DNA of 64,000 bases from Candidatus Collierbacteria bacterium GW2011_GWC2_44_18 (GCA_001000865.1 LCIE01000002.1:32992-96991); one strand, 5' to 3'. Positions 20,069 through 31,484 are shown, numbered from the stretch's first letter. Notes: a model not told the origin generated them from the sequence alone. Program-made: numbers and translations.

Positions 20069-20188
20069 TAAGCTCTTTGAATTTTATTTTGAGTTCGCTA
20101 TATGCTACAATTAGCCTCGTGAATATCTCTCCATTATCGGAGAGGTTTTGTTCGCCTATAACTAATAAATAATAACCAACAACTCAAA

Positions 20189-22312
20189 ATGGCCGCTCCT
20201 ACCGGAAAAAAAGTCCCTCTAGACCGTGTTAGAAACACGGGTATTATCGCGCACATCGATGCAGGCAAAACCACCACTACCGAACGTATCCTTTTCTATA
20301 CCGGAAAGTCTTACAAGATAGGCGATATTGATGAAGGCAACACCCAAATGGACTGGATGGAGCAGGAAAAAGAGCGCGGTATTACCATCGTTTCCGCCGC
20401 TACCACCGCCTTCTGGACACCAGTACTCCCCCATGCCCGTTTCAAAGAAGAACACCGTTTCAATATCATTGATACTCCCGGCCACGTCGATTTTACCGCC
20501 GAAGTCGAGCGCTCTCTCCGTGTTCTCGATGGGGGAGTCATCGTTCTTGACGCTGGCTCCGGTGTCCAATCTCAAACCGAAACTGTCTGGCGCCAAGCGG
20601 ATAAATATAAAGTACCCCGCATCGCTTTTATCAACAAAATGGATGTTTTGGGTGCCGATTACATGGCTACCATCAAAGACGTTCATGAAAAGTTAGGTGC
20701 CAAAACTGCCGTTATGGCTCTTCCCTTAGGTGTCGAAAACACCTTCCGTGGTATCGTTATGCTTCTTGAAAGACAAACCATTGTTTGGAAAGGTGACGAA
20801 ACTGGTGCGTTATATGAAGTGACTGAAGGTTTTCCCGAAGACATGAAGGACGAATGTGAGCTGGAACGCGCCAAACTTATTGAATCCATCGTCGAGTTCG
20901 ATGAGGCTCTCATGGGAGAGTATTTGGAAGGTAAGGAGCCAGCTATGGAAGCCCTCAAAAGTGCCCTTCGTGTAGCTACCTGCGCCAATCTTATTGTCCC
21001 CGTTTTTCCCGGCTCTTCCCTCCGAAACAAAGGCGTCCAGCCTCTTCTAGATGCTGTTGTTGATTTTCTGCCCTCACCTATAGACAAGCCCACCATCACC
21101 GGTATCAATCCTGAAACCAACGAAGAAGTTACCCGCAAAGCTGATCCTGGTGAGCCATTTTCCGGTTTAGCTTTCAAAATTCAAGCCGACCCTCATGTTG
21201 GTAAGCTCACTTATGTTCGTGTTTATTCAGGCAAAATTACCTCCGGTACTTTTGTCTACAACGCCAGTAAACACGAACGCGAACGCCTCGGTCGTTTGAT
21301 GCTCATGCATGCCAACACCCGTGAGGAAGTATCCGAAGCCAGTGCCGGAGAAATTGTTGGTATTGTCGGTCTCAAATCCACCAAAACTGGCGACACTCTT
21401 TGTGATGAAAACAAACCCCTGGTTCTGGAATCCATCAACTTCCCTGATCCGGTTATCTCTCTGGCTATCGAACCTAAGACCAAGGCTGATCAAGAAAAAC
21501 TAGATCTGGCTCTTGGCCGTCTGGCTGAAGAAGATCCTACTTTTAGAATCAAAACCGACCATGAGACTGGGCAAACCGTTATCGCCGGCATGGGCGAACT
21601 CCACCTCGAAATTTTGGTCGACCGTCTCCGTCGTGAATTCAAAGTTGAGGCGACCACTGGTGCCCCTCAAGTTGCCTATCGTGAGACTATTACCAAGTTT
21701 GCCAAAGGCGAAGGTAAATATATCCGTCAGTCTGGTGGACGCGGTCAGTATGGTCACTGCATTTTGGAAGTCACCCCCAAACCCCGTGGCGAAGGCTTCA
21801 CCTTCACCAACAAAATCGTTGGTGGTTCTATCCCTAAAGAATTCATTTCTCCCATTGAAAAAGGAGTTCGTGAAGCCTTGGACAATGGTATTATCGCCGG
21901 TTTTCAGATGGTGGACCTTGATGTAGCTGTTGTCGATGGAAGTTTCCACGAAGTCGATTCCTCCGAAATGTCTTTCAAGATCGCTGGTTCTATGGCAGTC
22001 CAAGACGCGGTCAAGAATGCTTCTCCGGTAATTCTCGAACCAATTATGAAGGTGGAGGTTACTACTCCTGAAGGTAATATGGGTGACATTATTGGTGATC
22101 TATCTTCTCGCCGCGCCCAAATCGCCGGTACTGCTCAGCGTGGCAATGCCCGTGTTATTACTGCTACAGTCCCGTTATCAGAGCTTTCAGCCTATGCTAC
22201 TGCCATCCGTTCTCTAACTGCCGGGCGGGCCTCATATTATATGGAGCCATCACATTATCAAGATCTTCCAAACAGTTTGGCCGCCAAACTATTGAAATCT
22301 CCGACAAATTAG
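20189..22312 (+). CDS. fusA: elongation factor G
   Basis: [20 protein letters not shown] and the rest of the EF-G layout. 707 aa. Confidence 0.97.
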   Translation: MAAPTGKKVPLDRVRNTGIIAHIDAGKTTTTERILFYTGKSYKIGDIDEGNTQMDWMEQEKERGITIVSAATTAFWTPVLPHARFKEEHRFNIIDTPGHVDFTAEVERSLRVLDGGVIVLDAGSGVQSQTETVWRQADKYKVPRIAFINKMDVLGADYMATIKDVHEKLGAKTAVMALPLGVENTFRGIVMLLERQTIVWKGDETGALYEVTEGFPEDMKDECELERAKLIESIVEFDEALMGEYLEGKEPAMEALKSALRVATCANLIVPVFPGSSLRNKGVQPLLDAVVDFLPSPIDKPTITGINPETNEEVTRKADPGEPFSGLAFKIQADPHVGKLTYVRVYSGKITSGTFVYNASKHERERLGRLMLMHANTREEVSEASAGEIVGIVGLKSTKTGDTLCDENKPLVLESINFPDPVISLAIEPKTKADQEKLDLALGRLAEEDPTFRIKTDHETGQTVIAGMGELHLEILVDRLRREFKVEATTGAPQVAYRETITKFAKGEGKYIRQSGGRGQYGHCILEVTPKPRGEGFTFTNKIVGGSIPKEFISPIEKGVREALDNGIIAGFQMVDLDVAVVDGSFHEVDSSEMSFKIAGSMAVQDAVKNASPVILEPIMKVEVTTPEGNMGDIIGDLSSRRAQIAGTAQRGNARVITATVPLSELSAYATAIRSLTAGRASYYMEPSHYQDLPNSLAAKLLKSPTN

Positions 22313-22382
22313 GATAAAATCTGCTAAAATAAATAGGCTCGAAAAACAGTAATTACCAAATATATAAAAATAATTAACAAAA

Positions 22383-23558
22383 ATGGCTACTTATCAAAGA
22401 AATAAACCCCACGTTAACATCGGCACCATTGGTCACGTCGATCATGGCAAGACCACTCTTACTGCCGCTATTACCACCACACTCGCGACTCAGGGTTTAG
22501 CTGAGGCACTTCCTTTTGATCAAATTGATAAATCCCCGGAAGAAAGAGAGCGTGGAGTTACTATTCAGATTTCTCACGTTCCTTACGAAACCAAGAAACG
22601 TCACTACGCCCACATCGACTGCCCCGGCCACCGCGATTATATCAAGAACATGATTACTGGTGCCGCTCAGATGGATGGTGCAATTCTAGTTGTAGCTGCT
22701 ACTGACGGCCCTATGCCTCAAACTAATGAGCATTTACTCTTAGCTCATCAGGTGAATGTCCCTCGTCTCGTCGTTGCGTTAAATAAATGCGATGCCGTAG
22801 ATGACCCAGAACTTCTTGAGTTGGTCGAGATGGAGATCCGCGAGAAACTAAAGAAATATGGTTTCGAAGAAGACACCCCCATCATTCGCGTTTCTGCCCT
22901 CAAAGCCCTTGAAGGCGACAAAGATGCCCAGGCAGGCATTATGAAACTAATGGACACCGTCGACGAATGGATTCCAGATCCAGTTCGTGAGCTTGATAAG
23001 CCTTTCCTTATGCCAGTCGAAGACGTTTTCTCCATCAAAGGCCGCGGAACCGTAGTTACTGGACGTATTGAAACCGGCGTCATCAAAGTAGGTGAAGAAA
23101 TCGAAATCGTTGGAATAAAACCTACCGCCAAGTCCGTCGTCACTGGAGTGGAAATGTTCCACCAACAGCTCGAACAGGGTCAAGCGGGTGATAACGTTGG
23201 TCTTCTGCTGAGAGGTATCGAAAAAGATGACGTTCAAAGAGGTCAGGTTTTGGCCAAAACTGGATCTATCAAGCCTCACACAAAGTTCGAAGCCGAAGCC
23301 TATATCTTAGGTAAAGACGAAGGTGGCCGCCACAGCCCAATGTTCTCTGGTTACAAGCCTCAATTCTTTATCCGCACCACTGATGTAACTGGTGAGGTGA
23401 AGCTCGCAGAGGGAGTCGAGATGATCATGCCTGGTGACAACGCCAAAATGACTGTCGAACTTATTCAGCCCATCGCCATGACAGAGGGCCAACGCTTCGC
23501 TATCCGCGAAGGTGGTTTGACCGTCGGTGCTGGAGCCATTACCAAAGTGATCGCCTAA
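22383..23558 (+). CDS. tuf: elongation factor Tu
   Basis: [22 protein letters not shown] motifs. 391 aa. Confidence 0.97.
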   Translation: MATYQRNKPHVNIGTIGHVDHGKTTLTAAITTTLATQGLAEALPFDQIDKSPEERERGVTIQISHVPYETKKRHYAHIDCPGHRDYIKNMITGAAQMDGAILVVAATDGPMPQTNEHLLLAHQVNVPRLVVALNKCDAVDDPELLELVEMEIREKLKKYGFEEDTPIIRVSALKALEGDKDAQAGIMKLMDTVDEWIPDPVRELDKPFLMPVEDVFSIKGRGTVVTGRIETGVIKVGEEIEIVGIKPTAKSVVTGVEMFHQQLEQGQAGDNVGLLLRGIEKDDVQRGQVLAKTGSIKPHTKFEAEAYILGKDEGGRHSPMFSGYKPQFFIRTTDVTGEVKLAEGVEMIMPGDNAKMTVELIQPIAMTEGQRFAIREGGLTVGAGAITKVIA

Positions 23559-23595
23559 AGCAAAGTTTTATTTAGCACCTTTATTCTTCTTAGTT

Positions 23596-23907
23596 ATGAC
23601 AGACCAACCACGCATTCGCGTCAAACTCAAGTCATTTGACCACCGTGTCATTGACGAAGCCGCCAAAAAAATTATTCAGGCAGCTCTTGTCTCAGGCGCC
23701 CAGGTGGTTGGTCCCGTCCCCCTGCCCACTAAGAAGAAGGTTATTGTCGTTACCGCTTCTCCTCACACGGACAAAGACTCGCGCGAGCAGTTTGCCATTC
23801 TTACTCACAAGAGGCTTATCGATATCGTTAATCCAACCAATAAAACCATTGACTCGCTTCAACATCTCGATCTTCCCGCCGGTGTCGGCATCGAAATTAA
23901 GATGTAA
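23596..23907 (+). CDS. rpsJ: 30S ribosomal protein S10
   Basis: [14 protein letters not shown] motif. Confidence 0.95.
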   Translation: MTDQPRIRVKLKSFDHRVIDEAAKKIIQAALVSGAQVVGPVPLPTKKKVIVVTASPHTDKDSREQFAILTHKRLIDIVNPTNKTIDSLQHLDLPAGVGIEIKM

Positions 23908-23954
23908 GTCCATGCCGAAAACTTTAAATTATTAAAAAAACTGCCCGCACCGTT

Positions 23955-23990
23955 TTCGGAGTCCCCGAAATCCGGGGGCGTTTTTTAGGG
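23955..23990 (+). promoter_or_regulatory. stem-loop plus T-run between rpsJ and rplC (possible attenuator or terminator)
   Basis: gagtccccgaaatccgggggcgtttttt. Confidence 0.35.
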
Positions 23991-24012
23991 TTAATACCCA
24001 TTATAAAAAAAC

Positions 24013-24576
24013 ATGTTAAACCAAGTATACGCAACCAAAAAGAGCATGACTCAGGCCTTCGTAGAAGGTAAGCGGATCCCCTTGACCGTTCTGACGGTGT
24101 CTCCTCACGTGGTTATTAGAAACAAATCCGTCGAACAAGACGGCTACTCATCGGTGGTCCTTACTGTCGGTGCCAAGGACTCGCACGAAATCCTTTCGGA
24201 AGAAATTATTGAGGCTAAAACAGAGCTGAACCTTTCGGAAATTTTGATCCCCGGCACCATCATCGACGCCACCGCCACCTCAAAAGGCAAAGGTACCTCC
24301 GGTGTCATGAAACGCTGGAATTTTGCCGGAGGTCCTCGGACTCACGGTCAGTCAGATCGAGAGCGCGCACCTGGATCAATTGGTAGAGGAACCACCCCCG
24401 GTCGGGTTTTGCCTGGTACTCACATGGCCGGACATATGGGCAACACCAATACCCATATCAGAAACCTCAAGATTCACTCTTTCGATCCTTCCACCGGCAT
24501 TCTTCAAGTTACCGGTTGCATTCCAGGTGGCCGAGGAGCCACCACTTTGATTACTGTCAGTAAGCTAAACAAATAA
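24013..24576 (+). CDS. rplC: 50S ribosomal protein L3
   Basis: Sequence and gene order. Confidence 0.93.
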   Translation: MLNQVYATKKSMTQAFVEGKRIPLTVLTVSPHVVIRNKSVEQDGYSSVVLTVGAKDSHEILSEEIIEAKTELNLSEILIPGTIIDATATSKGKGTSGVMKRWNFAGGPRTHGQSDRERAPGSIGRGTTPGRVLPGTHMAGHMGNTNTHIRNLKIHSFDPSTGILQVTGCIPGGRGATTLITVSKLNK

Positions 24577-24577
24577 T

Positions 24578-25177
24578 ATGGCCACCAAAAAAGCAATCAC
24601 TGCTACCAGTCAAGATCTCTCCGTCTTTTCTATTGAAGTCAATCCCTTACTGCTTGCCCAGGCGATTCACGTTTATCAAGAAAACAGTCATCGGGGTGTA
24701 TCAAAAACCAAGACCAGAGGAGAGATCAATGCCACCAAGAAAAAAGTCTACAAACAAAAAGGTACCGGTAACGCTCGTCATGGTGCCAAATCCGCACCTC
24801 TTTATGTCGGTGGAGGTGTTCCCTTCGGCCCCACCGGTCTCAAGTCTGCCCCCATGTCCCTAAACCAGAAGATGAAGTCCAAAGCCCTCATCGGCATGTT
24901 ATCCCACTACCAAAAAGAAAATCGAATTACTTTGATTGATTCCTCTGAAATCAAGGATTTGTCCACCAGGTCTGCTCTCGGGGTTTTGGGAAAGAGTGAG
25001 GCAGCTTTTGTCTACTTCAATGAGAAACCAGCTATCTTGAAAGCTGTTAGCAATCTCGAAAACATCATTATGCTGTCAGCCAGACGCCTCAATGCCTTTA
25101 CTGTTGCCAGCTCACCCAAACTTTTTTTAACCGCCGCCGCTTACGATCACTTAGTTACTCGTTTGAAACTTATCTAA
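24578..25177 (+). CDS. rplD: 50S ribosomal protein L4
   Basis: Sequence and gene order. Confidence 0.93.
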   Translation: MATKKAITATSQDLSVFSIEVNPLLLAQAIHVYQENSHRGVSKTKTRGEINATKKKVYKQKGTGNARHGAKSAPLYVGGGVPFGPTGLKSAPMSLNQKMKSKALIGMLSHYQKENRITLIDSSEIKDLSTRSALGVLGKSEAAFVYFNEKPAILKAVSNLENIIMLSARRLNAFTVASSPKLFLTAAAYDHLVTRLKLI

Positions 25178-25178
25178 T

Positions 25179-25487
25179 ATGTCTACTCCTTTAATTCATC
25201 AAAACACCATCATCAAGCCGGTCGTCACCGAGAAAAGTTATTCGCTTGCTTCTCAGGACAAGTATGTTTTTCAGGTTGATCCCGCCGCGAGCAAGTACCA
25301 AATTAAGAAAGCCGTCGAAGACCTCTTTAAAGTCAATGTCCTTTCTATCAACACGGTCAAACATGCTGCCAGAACCATCCGCTCCGCCAAAACCGGCCGT
25401 CACATTTCCCTTCCCGTCGACAAAAAGGCGATCGTACGTATCAAAAAAGGCCAGAAGATCGAAGTTTTTAACGCTCTAAAGTCATAA
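25179..25487 (+). CDS. rplW: 50S ribosomal protein L23
   Basis: Sequence and gene order. Confidence 0.92.
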   Translation: MSTPLIHQNTIIKPVVTEKSYSLASQDKYVFQVDPAASKYQIKKAVEDLFKVNVLSINTVKHAARTIRSAKTGRHISLPVDKKAIVRIKKGQKIEVFNALKS

Positions 25488-25492
25488 ATACT

Positions 25493-26248
25493 ATGAAAAC
25501 TACACTCAAAAGACTAGTTTCCTTGAATCCCAAGTCCTCCGGACGCAATTCTTCTGGTAAAATAACAGTCCGACATCAAGGTGGTCGCCAGAAACGTTTT
25601 CTGCGTCACATTGACTGGAAAAGATCTCTTACTCTACCTGCCCGGGTTGACGCTATTCAGTATGATCCAAATCGTACTTCAGACATTGCCCTTTTAGTTT
25701 ATGCCAATGGAGTCAAGGATTATATCCTTGCCCCTCAAAACCTTAAAATTGGAGACTCCGTCATTTTTTCGGAAACAGCTGAAATTAAGGCTGGCAACTG
25801 TCTGCCTCTAAAAAATATCCCTATCGGAATTGAAATTCATAATTTGGAAATCACTCCCGGCAAAGGTGCACAAATGGTTCGCAGTGCCGGTAATACTGCC
25901 ACAGTCCAAAGCAAAGAAGCTAACATCGTCGTGGTCAAACTTCCTTCCGGTGAAATCCGTCAGTTCGATGGTAATTGTCGAGCTACCATTGGCAGTCTCA
26001 GCAATCCTCACCATAAGGAAGAAATCCTTGGTAAGGCTGGCCGAAAGCGCCACATGGGTGTAAGACCCACTGTTAGAGGCGTGGCTCAGGATCCCCGTTC
26101 CCATCCCCACGGTGGCGGTGAAGGTCGTTCCGGAATTGGTATGAAGTCTCCCAAATCTCCTTGGGGCAAGAGGACTCTTGGCAAACGTACCAGAGACCGC
26201 AAAAAATACAGTAATAAACATATTATCAAACATCGTTACGCAAAATAA
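25493..26248 (+). CDS. rplB: 50S ribosomal protein L2
   Basis: Sequence (GRNSSGKITVRHQGG...SHPHGGGEG) and gene order. Confidence 0.95.
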   Translation: MKTTLKRLVSLNPKSSGRNSSGKITVRHQGGRQKRFLRHIDWKRSLTLPARVDAIQYDPNRTSDIALLVYANGVKDYILAPQNLKIGDSVIFSETAEIKAGNCLPLKNIPIGIEIHNLEITPGKGAQMVRSAGNTATVQSKEANIVVVKLPSGEIRQFDGNCRATIGSLSNPHHKEEILGKAGRKRHMGVRPTVRGVAQDPRSHPHGGGEGRSGIGMKSPKSPWGKRTLGKRTRDRKKYSNKHIIKHRYAK

Positions 26249-26263
26249 TTTAATTAAATCATC

Positions 26264-26548
26264 ATGTCCAGAAGTTCAATAAAAGGACCATTCGTAGACG
26301 AAAAGCTCATTGCAAAAATTGAGCGTCTTAAAGTGACTGGAAAGAAAGAACCCATCAAAACCTGGTCCAGAAGTAGCCAAATTCCACCAGAGTTCGTTGG
26401 CTTTACCTTCGCGGTCCACAATGGCAAAATTTTCAAAGAAGTTTTTATTACCGAAGACATGGTTGGTCATCGTCTTGGTGAGTTCTCTTTAACCAGGAAC
26501 TTTCGCGGACACGGCCGCATTGTTAAGAGAGTCTTATCCAAAACTTAA
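26264..26548 (+). CDS. rpsS: 30S ribosomal protein S19
   Basis: [12 protein letters not shown]...HNGK motif. Confidence 0.95.
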   Translation: MSRSSIKGPFVDEKLIAKIERLKVTGKKEPIKTWSRSSQIPPEFVGFTFAVHNGKIFKEVFITEDMVGHRLGEFSLTRNFRGHGRIVKRVLSKT

Positions 26549-26554
26549 AGCTCT

Positions 26555-27040
26555 ATGGTCAATAAAATTACCAAACAACTCGTCATTGCCAAAGCCAGCC
26601 ACGTACTTTCTTCACCGAGAAAGACGAATCTTGTTCTTAAAGCCATCGTTGGTCGTCCCGCATTATTGGCCATCAAACAGCTCACTGTAAATACCAAAAG
26701 AGCCGGTAAGCCGATCATCCAGCTCATCCAGCAGGCGGTGGGGAACGCTGTCTCACAATTTCAAGCCTCTCCTGACAGTCTCATCATCGATTCTGCCTTC
26801 GCTACCAAAGGTCGTGTTCTCAAGCGCGCTCATATCGGTGGCCGTGGCCGCACCAAACCGTACGAAAGAACTACTTCACATCTGACCCTCTCTGTAAGAA
26901 TTCCCTCGACCAAGGTTTCCACGCCCGTCATTGCGAGGAGCAAGGGCGACGCGGCAATCCCCGCCATCGAGGAACCGAAGAGTGTTAAGAAAGTCTCTAC
27001 CACCAAAAAAGTCATCAAACCTACCAACAAATCAAAATAA
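26555..27040 (+). CDS. rplV: 50S ribosomal protein L22 with a ~45 aa Lys-rich C-terminal extension partly encoded by a Family-A repeat
   Basis: L22 core followed by an extension. The repeat cgtcattgcgaggagcaagggcgacgcggcaatcc (26926-26960) is translated in-frame as PVIARSKGDAAIP. Confidence 0.9.
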   Translation: MVNKITKQLVIAKASHVLSSPRKTNLVLKAIVGRPALLAIKQLTVNTKRAGKPIIQLIQQAVGNAVSQFQASPDSLIIDSAFATKGRVLKRAHIGGRGRTKPYERTTSHLTLSVRIPSTKVSTPVIARSKGDAAIPAIEEPKSVKKVSTTKKVIKPTNKSK

Positions 27041-27042
27041 CC

Positions 27043-27696
27043 ATGGGAAAAAAAGTTAATCCAATTGCCTTCAGAACCGGGTATATCTTCCCGACCAAAT
27101 CAGTTTGGTTTGCTAATTTCCATAGCTATGCCAAGTTTGTATTGGAGGATAACAAAATCAGGCGTTTCTTGGAAAACAAACTTAAGCTTGCCGGTATAAC
27201 GAGCATCGAGATCAAACGTTCCATCAACTCGGTTGACATTTACATGAATGTATCTCGTCCTGGAGTGGTCATTGGCCGCGGAGGGTCTTCATTGGAGATT
27301 CTCAAAAAAGATCTCGAAAAACTTCTTCGTATAGACCCCAAGGCCAAAAACGCCGTCAAGATCAATCTTCACCCACTTGAAATCAAGAGTCCCGACACAA
27401 ATGCTTCCATTATCGCCGACCGTCTTATTGGTCAGCTCGAACATCGCTATCCTTTCCGTCGTGCCGCCAATCAAGCCATTGAAAAGGTTATGGCTGCTGG
27501 AGCCAAAGGGGTCAAGCTAGTTTTTGCGGGCCGTATCGACGGAGCCGAAATTGCCAGAACCGAAAAATTCAAACAAGGACGTATTCCCACTCAAACCCTG
27601 CGCGCCAACATCGACTACATTGAGAAAAAAGCCCTCACTCGTTCTGGTTATGTCGGCATCAAAGTCTGGATTTATACCGGCGACATCATTAGCTAA
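27043..27696 (+). CDS. rpsC: 30S ribosomal protein S3
   Basis: KH domain (GRGGSSLEILKKDLEKL) and gene order. Confidence 0.95.
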   Translation: MGKKVNPIAFRTGYIFPTKSVWFANFHSYAKFVLEDNKIRRFLENKLKLAGITSIEIKRSINSVDIYMNVSRPGVVIGRGGSSLEILKKDLEKLLRIDPKAKNAVKINLHPLEIKSPDTNASIIADRLIGQLEHRYPFRRAANQAIEKVMAAGAKGVKLVFAGRIDGAEIARTEKFKQGRIPTQTLRANIDYIEKKALTRSGYVGIKVWIYTGDIIS

Positions 27697-27707
27697 TAAA
27701 CATCACT

Positions 27708-27736
27708 CTGTCATTCCGAGCTTGACCCGGAATCCA
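27708..27736. repeat. Family-A variant (GTCATTCCGAGCTTGACCCGGAATCC)
   Basis: Intergenic between rpsC and rplP. Confidence 0.75.
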
Positions 27737-27752
27737 GGAAAATAAAAAACAT

Positions 27753-28166
27753 ATGTTACAACCAGCCAGACGCAAATACAGAAAAGAGTTTAGAGGTAGT
27801 ATGGGTGGCGTGGCCACTCGCACCAACGAGCTTTCCTATGGAGACTTCGGTATCAAGACTCTTGAAAGTGGTTGGCTCTCAGCCAATGAGATTGAATCGG
27901 CTCGCCGAACCATTACTCACCACACCAAACGTGTGGGGAAGTTCTTCTTGAGGGTTTTTCCACACAAGCCCATTGGTCACAAAACCCCTGGTGCACGTAT
28001 GGGTTCTGGAAAGTCCGATGTCAGCGGTTACGTCGCAGTTGCGAAACCCGGTCAAATCTTAATGGAGCTCTCCGGGGTTTCTAGAGAAGTCGCCGCGGAA
28101 GCCATCCGTCTTGCCGGTCACAAGCTCTCAGTTAAAACTAAATTTGTCGAAAAAGAAAATGCCTAA
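27753..28166 (+). CDS. rplP: 50S ribosomal protein L16
   Basis: MLQPARRKYRKEFRG motif. Confidence 0.95.
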   Translation: MLQPARRKYRKEFRGSMGGVATRTNELSYGDFGIKTLESGWLSANEIESARRTITHHTKRVGKFFLRVFPHKPIGHKTPGARMGSGKSDVSGYVAVAKPGQILMELSGVSREVAAEAIRLAGHKLSVKTKFVEKENA

Positions 28167-28335
28167 ATCAAAATCAGAAAACACCATGACTCTTGAAGAG
28201 CTAAAGATCAAGCTGTCCAATATCAAGCTAAATATTCGCTCTGGGCAAGAAAAGAATACCAATGCCCACAAGAAGACCAAAGTTCAAATTGCCCAACTAT
28301 TATCCAAGAAACAACAACCAATAACCAAAAACTAA
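28159..28335 (+). CDS. rpmC: 50S ribosomal protein L29
   Basis: ATG overlapping the rplP stop. Sequence TLEELKIKLSNIKLNIRSGQ. Confidence 0.85.
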   Translation: MPKSKSENTMTLEELKIKLSNIKLNIRSGQEKNTNAHKKTKVQIAQLLSKKQQPITKN

Positions 28336-28336
28336 A

Positions 28337-28561
28337 ATGAAACACCTTCTAGGCATGGTCAAAAGTGACAAAAACACTAAAACCGCCATTGTTGACGTTA
28401 CCAGTTTTAAAGTCCACCCCAAATATCTCAAACGCATCAAGGTGAACAAATCATTTGCTGTTCAAAACGATATGGATGCCAAAGTCGGTAACCGTGTACG
28501 CATTGAAGAAACTCGGCCAATTAGTAAAACCAAACACTGGAAAATCACTAAAATTATATGA
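28337..28561 (+). CDS. rpsQ: 30S ribosomal protein S17
   Basis: Sequence and gene order. Confidence 0.93.
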   Translation: MKHLLGMVKSDKNTKTAIVDVTSFKVHPKYLKRIKVNKSFAVQNDMDAKVGNRVRIEETRPISKTKHWKITKII

Positions 28562-28932
28562 TTCAACTAAGATCCGTTCTCAAAGTAGCTGACAACTCTG
28601 GAGCCAAAAAAATCAAGGTCATTTTAGTTCATGGTGGTTCTCACCGTCGTTTTGGCCACATTGGTGATATTGTTACGGCCGCCGTCGAGGGTGCTGATAC
28701 CAATGGCACTGTCAAAGACAAACAAGTAGTCAAAGCCGTCGTTGTCCGTACTCGCAAAGAGACACGTCGGCAAGACGGAACCTATGTCCGTTTTGATGAT
28801 AATGCTGCTGTTATTATTGATTCGATTGCCGGCAAACTACCTTTGGGTACTCGTATTTTTGGTCCCATTGCTCGTGAGGTCAAAGATGCCGGATTTGCCA
28901 AGATCGCCTCTCTAGCCCCCGAAGTCGTCTAA
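28558..28932 (+). CDS. rplN: 50S ribosomal protein L14
   Basis: [17 protein letters not shown] motif. Confidence 0.95.
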   Translation: MIQLRSVLKVADNSGAKKIKVILVHGGSHRRFGHIGDIVTAAVEGADTNGTVKDKQVVKAVVVRTRKETRRQDGTYVRFDDNAAVIIDSIAGKLPLGTRIFGPIAREVKDAGFAKIASLAPEVV

Positions 28933-28938
28933 AATACA

Positions 28939-28976
28939 TCGTCATTGCGCGTCTCGTACTCGAGCCAAAGCAATCT
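28939..28976. repeat. Family-A palindromic element
   Basis: cgtcattgcgcgtctcgtactcgagccaaagcaatctc. Confidence 0.8.
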
Positions 28977-29001
28977 CAAACAAATAAACCACAAAAAGAA
29001 T

Positions 29002-29325
29002 ATGTTCAAATTCAAAATCAACGACACTGTTCAAATTACTGCCGGCAAAGATAAAGGCCGTTCCGGTAAGATCATCAAGGTTCTGCCTACCGACCAAAAA
29101 GTTTTGGTAGAAGGTATCAATCTTTACAAAAAGCATATCAAGCCCAAAGGTAACGAAGCAGGTACCATTCTCACCCTGCCCAGAGCCATCTCCGTCGCCT
29201 CGGTTGCCCTAATTTGTCCCAGCTGCAGCAAACCAACCAGAGTCGGCTTCGATGCCTCGCAAACCCCTAAAGTTAGAGTCTGTCACAAATGCCGCCAAAT
29301 TATCAGTTCTGTAACCAAAAAATGA
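29002..29325 (+). CDS. rplX: 50S ribosomal protein L24 with Cys4 zinc-ribbon-like C-terminus
   Basis: KOW motif (VQITAGKDKGRSGKI). C-terminal CPSC...CHKC. Confidence 0.9.
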   Translation: MFKFKINDTVQITAGKDKGRSGKIIKVLPTDQKVLVEGINLYKKHIKPKGNEAGTILTLPRAISVASVALICPSCSKPTRVGFDASQTPKVRVCHKCRQIISSVTKK

Positions 29326-29870
29326 CACAAACTCTCAAAGAAACATATCTAAAGGAAATTCGTCCCTCTCTACAAAAAGAGTTAGGTGTTACTTCCATCG
29401 AGGCTGTACCCAAGGTTATTAAGATCACAGTGAATACTGGCTCCAAAGATTTCAAGACCGACAAGGAACTTCTGACCAAGACCAAAGACTGGATGGGAAA
29501 AATCACCGGACAGGCTCCCCTAGAGACCAAATCCCGTTCCAGTATTGCCGCTTTCAATCTTCGTGAGGGTGAGGTTGTCGGTCTCAAGGTCACCCTCAGA
29601 GGCAATCGCATGTACGATTTTCTTCAAAAGTTAATTTCGGTCGTCCTACCCCGTCTTAAAGACTTTCAGGGGATTTCTCAGACCACCTTTGACAAAAGCG
29701 GCAACTACACTATCGGTTTCCCCGAACAGATAGTGTTTCCTGAGGTGGAATATGATAAAATCGGGAGGATTCAAGGGCTAGAAGTTACTATTTCCACCAG
29801 CGCGAAGGACCCCAAAACATCTTTGATGCTCCTCCGGGCCTTAGGCATGCCTTTTACCAAAGATGCCTAA
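29322..29870 (+). CDS. rplE: 50S ribosomal protein L5
   Basis: ATG overlaps the rplX stop. L5 sequence. Confidence 0.93.
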   Translation: MTQTLKETYLKEIRPSLQKELGVTSIEAVPKVIKITVNTGSKDFKTDKELLTKTKDWMGKITGQAPLETKSRSSIAAFNLREGEVVGLKVTLRGNRMYDFLQKLISVVLPRLKDFQGISQTTFDKSGNYTIGFPEQIVFPEVEYDKIGRIQGLEVTISTSAKDPKTSLMLLRALGMPFTKDA

Positions 29871-29914
29871 CAAAAATACGTGACACTGTGTCACTGTGAC
29901 ACCTAAATACAAAA

Positions 29915-30100
29915 ATGGCTAAAAAAAGCAAAATCGCTAAATCAATTAAACTCGCCGGTCACTCCACCCGAGATCACCGCCGATGTCAGCTTTGTGGCAG
30001 ACCTCGTGGTGTTATCCGCATCTTTGGGCTCTGCCGTCTCTGTTTCAGAGAAATGGCCCACAGAGGTGAACTTCCCGGTGTTTTCAAAATGTCAAAATAA
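29915..30100 (+). CDS. rpsN: 30S ribosomal protein S14 type Z (zinc-binding)
   Basis: 61 aa. CQLCGRPRG...CRLCFRE zinc motif. Confidence 0.93.
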   Translation: MAKKSKIAKSIKLAGHSTRDHRRCQLCGRPRGVIRIFGLCRLCFREMAHRGELPGVFKMSK

Positions 30101-30101
30101 T

Positions 30102-30491
30102 ATGGACACTACCGCAGATTTTCTTACTATCATTAGAAACGGCTACTTAGCCAAAAAGGATATCGTCGTTACTGATTCCTCCAAAATCAGAGAACAACTT
30201 GTCAAGATTTTGAAATCCGAAGCCTTTATCGAGGATTATTCCATCGAAGAGGCAAAACCGGTCAGTAAAATTATTATTACCCTCAGATACTTCGAAAAAG
30301 GACTTCCTGCCGTAACAGGCATCAAAAAAATCAGTAAACCGAGCGTCAGAATCTACTCAGGTTTCAGTAAAATTCCTCAGGTTCTTTCCGGCGCCGGCAC
30401 CACCATTGTCTCTACCTCTTCCGGTCTAATGACCGGCAAGATAGCCAAAGAAAAACACCTAGGTGGCGAAGTTATTTGTCAAATTTGGTAA
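30102..30491 (+). CDS. rpsH: 30S ribosomal protein S8
   Basis: MDTTADFLTIIRNGYLAKK motif. Confidence 0.92.
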   Translation: MDTTADFLTIIRNGYLAKKDIVVTDSSKIREQLVKILKSEAFIEDYSIEEAKPVSKIIITLRYFEKGLPAVTGIKKISKPSVRIYSGFSKIPQVLSGAGTTIVSTSSGLMTGKIAKEKHLGGEVICQIW

Positions 30492-30498
30492 AAAACAT

Positions 30499-31047
30499 AT
30501 GAGCCGCATAGGACGCAAACCACTACATCTTCCTTCTACCGTCACCTTCGAAAAGACAGCCACTACCCTGAAATTTACCGGTCCTAAGGGCACTTTGGAG
30601 TCTGTTCTTCCTGAAGGTATTAAGCTCGAAGAAAAAGATGGAGTCTTAAAATTCACTCGTGAAAGCGATATTCCGGCAGTCAGAGCTCTTCATGGTTTGG
30701 CTCAGCGCTTGGCACAAAATGCCATCCTCGGGGTCACTGACGGTTTCTTCAAAGACTTACTCTTGATTGGAACAGGTTATCGTGTTGCCCCCCACGCCGA
30801 TGGCCTCTCACTTTCCGTTGGTTACTCTCACCCCGTCATCTTCAATAAAGTTCCTGGCGTTACCATCACTACGGAAGGTCAAGATAAAATCAAAGTCACC
30901 GGTATCGACAAACAGCTTGTCGGTCAAGTGGCCGCTAATATCAGAGCGGTCAGAAAGCCAGAACCGTACAAAGGTAAGGGTATCCGTTATGCCGACGAAG
31001 TCGTTCTCAAAAAACAAGGCAAGACTGCCACCAAAACCGCCGCCTAA
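30499..31047 (+). CDS. rplF: 50S ribosomal protein L6
   Basis: MSRIGRKPLHLPSTVTFEK motif. Confidence 0.93.
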   Translation: MSRIGRKPLHLPSTVTFEKTATTLKFTGPKGTLESVLPEGIKLEEKDGVLKFTRESDIPAVRALHGLAQRLAQNAILGVTDGFFKDLLLIGTGYRVAPHADGLSLSVGYSHPVIFNKVPGVTITTEGQDKIKVTGIDKQLVGQVAANIRAVRKPEPYKGKGIRYADEVVLKKQGKTATKTAA

Positions 31048-31053
31048 AAACAT

Positions 31054-31398
31054 ATGAACAAACACTTAACCAGTCAACAAATCAGAGCCGGCCGGATTCG
31101 CGCCAAGCTTCTTTCGGTCACCACGAGACCCCGCCTGACCGTCAACCGCTCAAACTCCCACATCTTTGCTCAAATTCTTGATCAAAGTGGTAAAGTGGTC
31201 GTGGCTTTTGGTTCACAAGCCCTCAAGAAGTTCAAAGGCAACAAAACCGAAATGGCTACCGAAGTCGGCAAAAAATTGGGTGAAATGGCTAAAGAAAAAA
31301 AGGTCTCCACTGTCGTCTTCGATCGTGGTTCCTACCGTTTCCACGGCCGTGTCAAAGCTTTAGCCGAAGCCGTCCGTGCCTCCGGTCTCAAATTCTAA
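31054..31398 (+). CDS. rplR: 50S ribosomal protein L18
   Basis: Sequence and gene order. Confidence 0.92.
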   Translation: MNKHLTSQQIRAGRIRAKLLSVTTRPRLTVNRSNSHIFAQILDQSGKVVVAFGSQALKKFKGNKTEMATEVGKKLGEMAKEKKVSTVVFDRGSYRFHGRVKALAEAVRASGLKF

Positions 31399-31404
31399 AC
31401 CCAC

Positions 31405-31450
31405 CGTCATTGCGCGATTCGGTACTCCGAACCAAAGCAATCCAGAAAAA
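31405..31450. repeat. Family-A palindromic element
   Basis: cgtcattgcgcgattcggtactccgaaccaaagcaatccagaaaaa. A near-identical copy lies inside miaA at 60663. Confidence 0.85.
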
Positions 31451-31484
31451 TATAAAATATAAAATATAAAATACAAAATAAAAA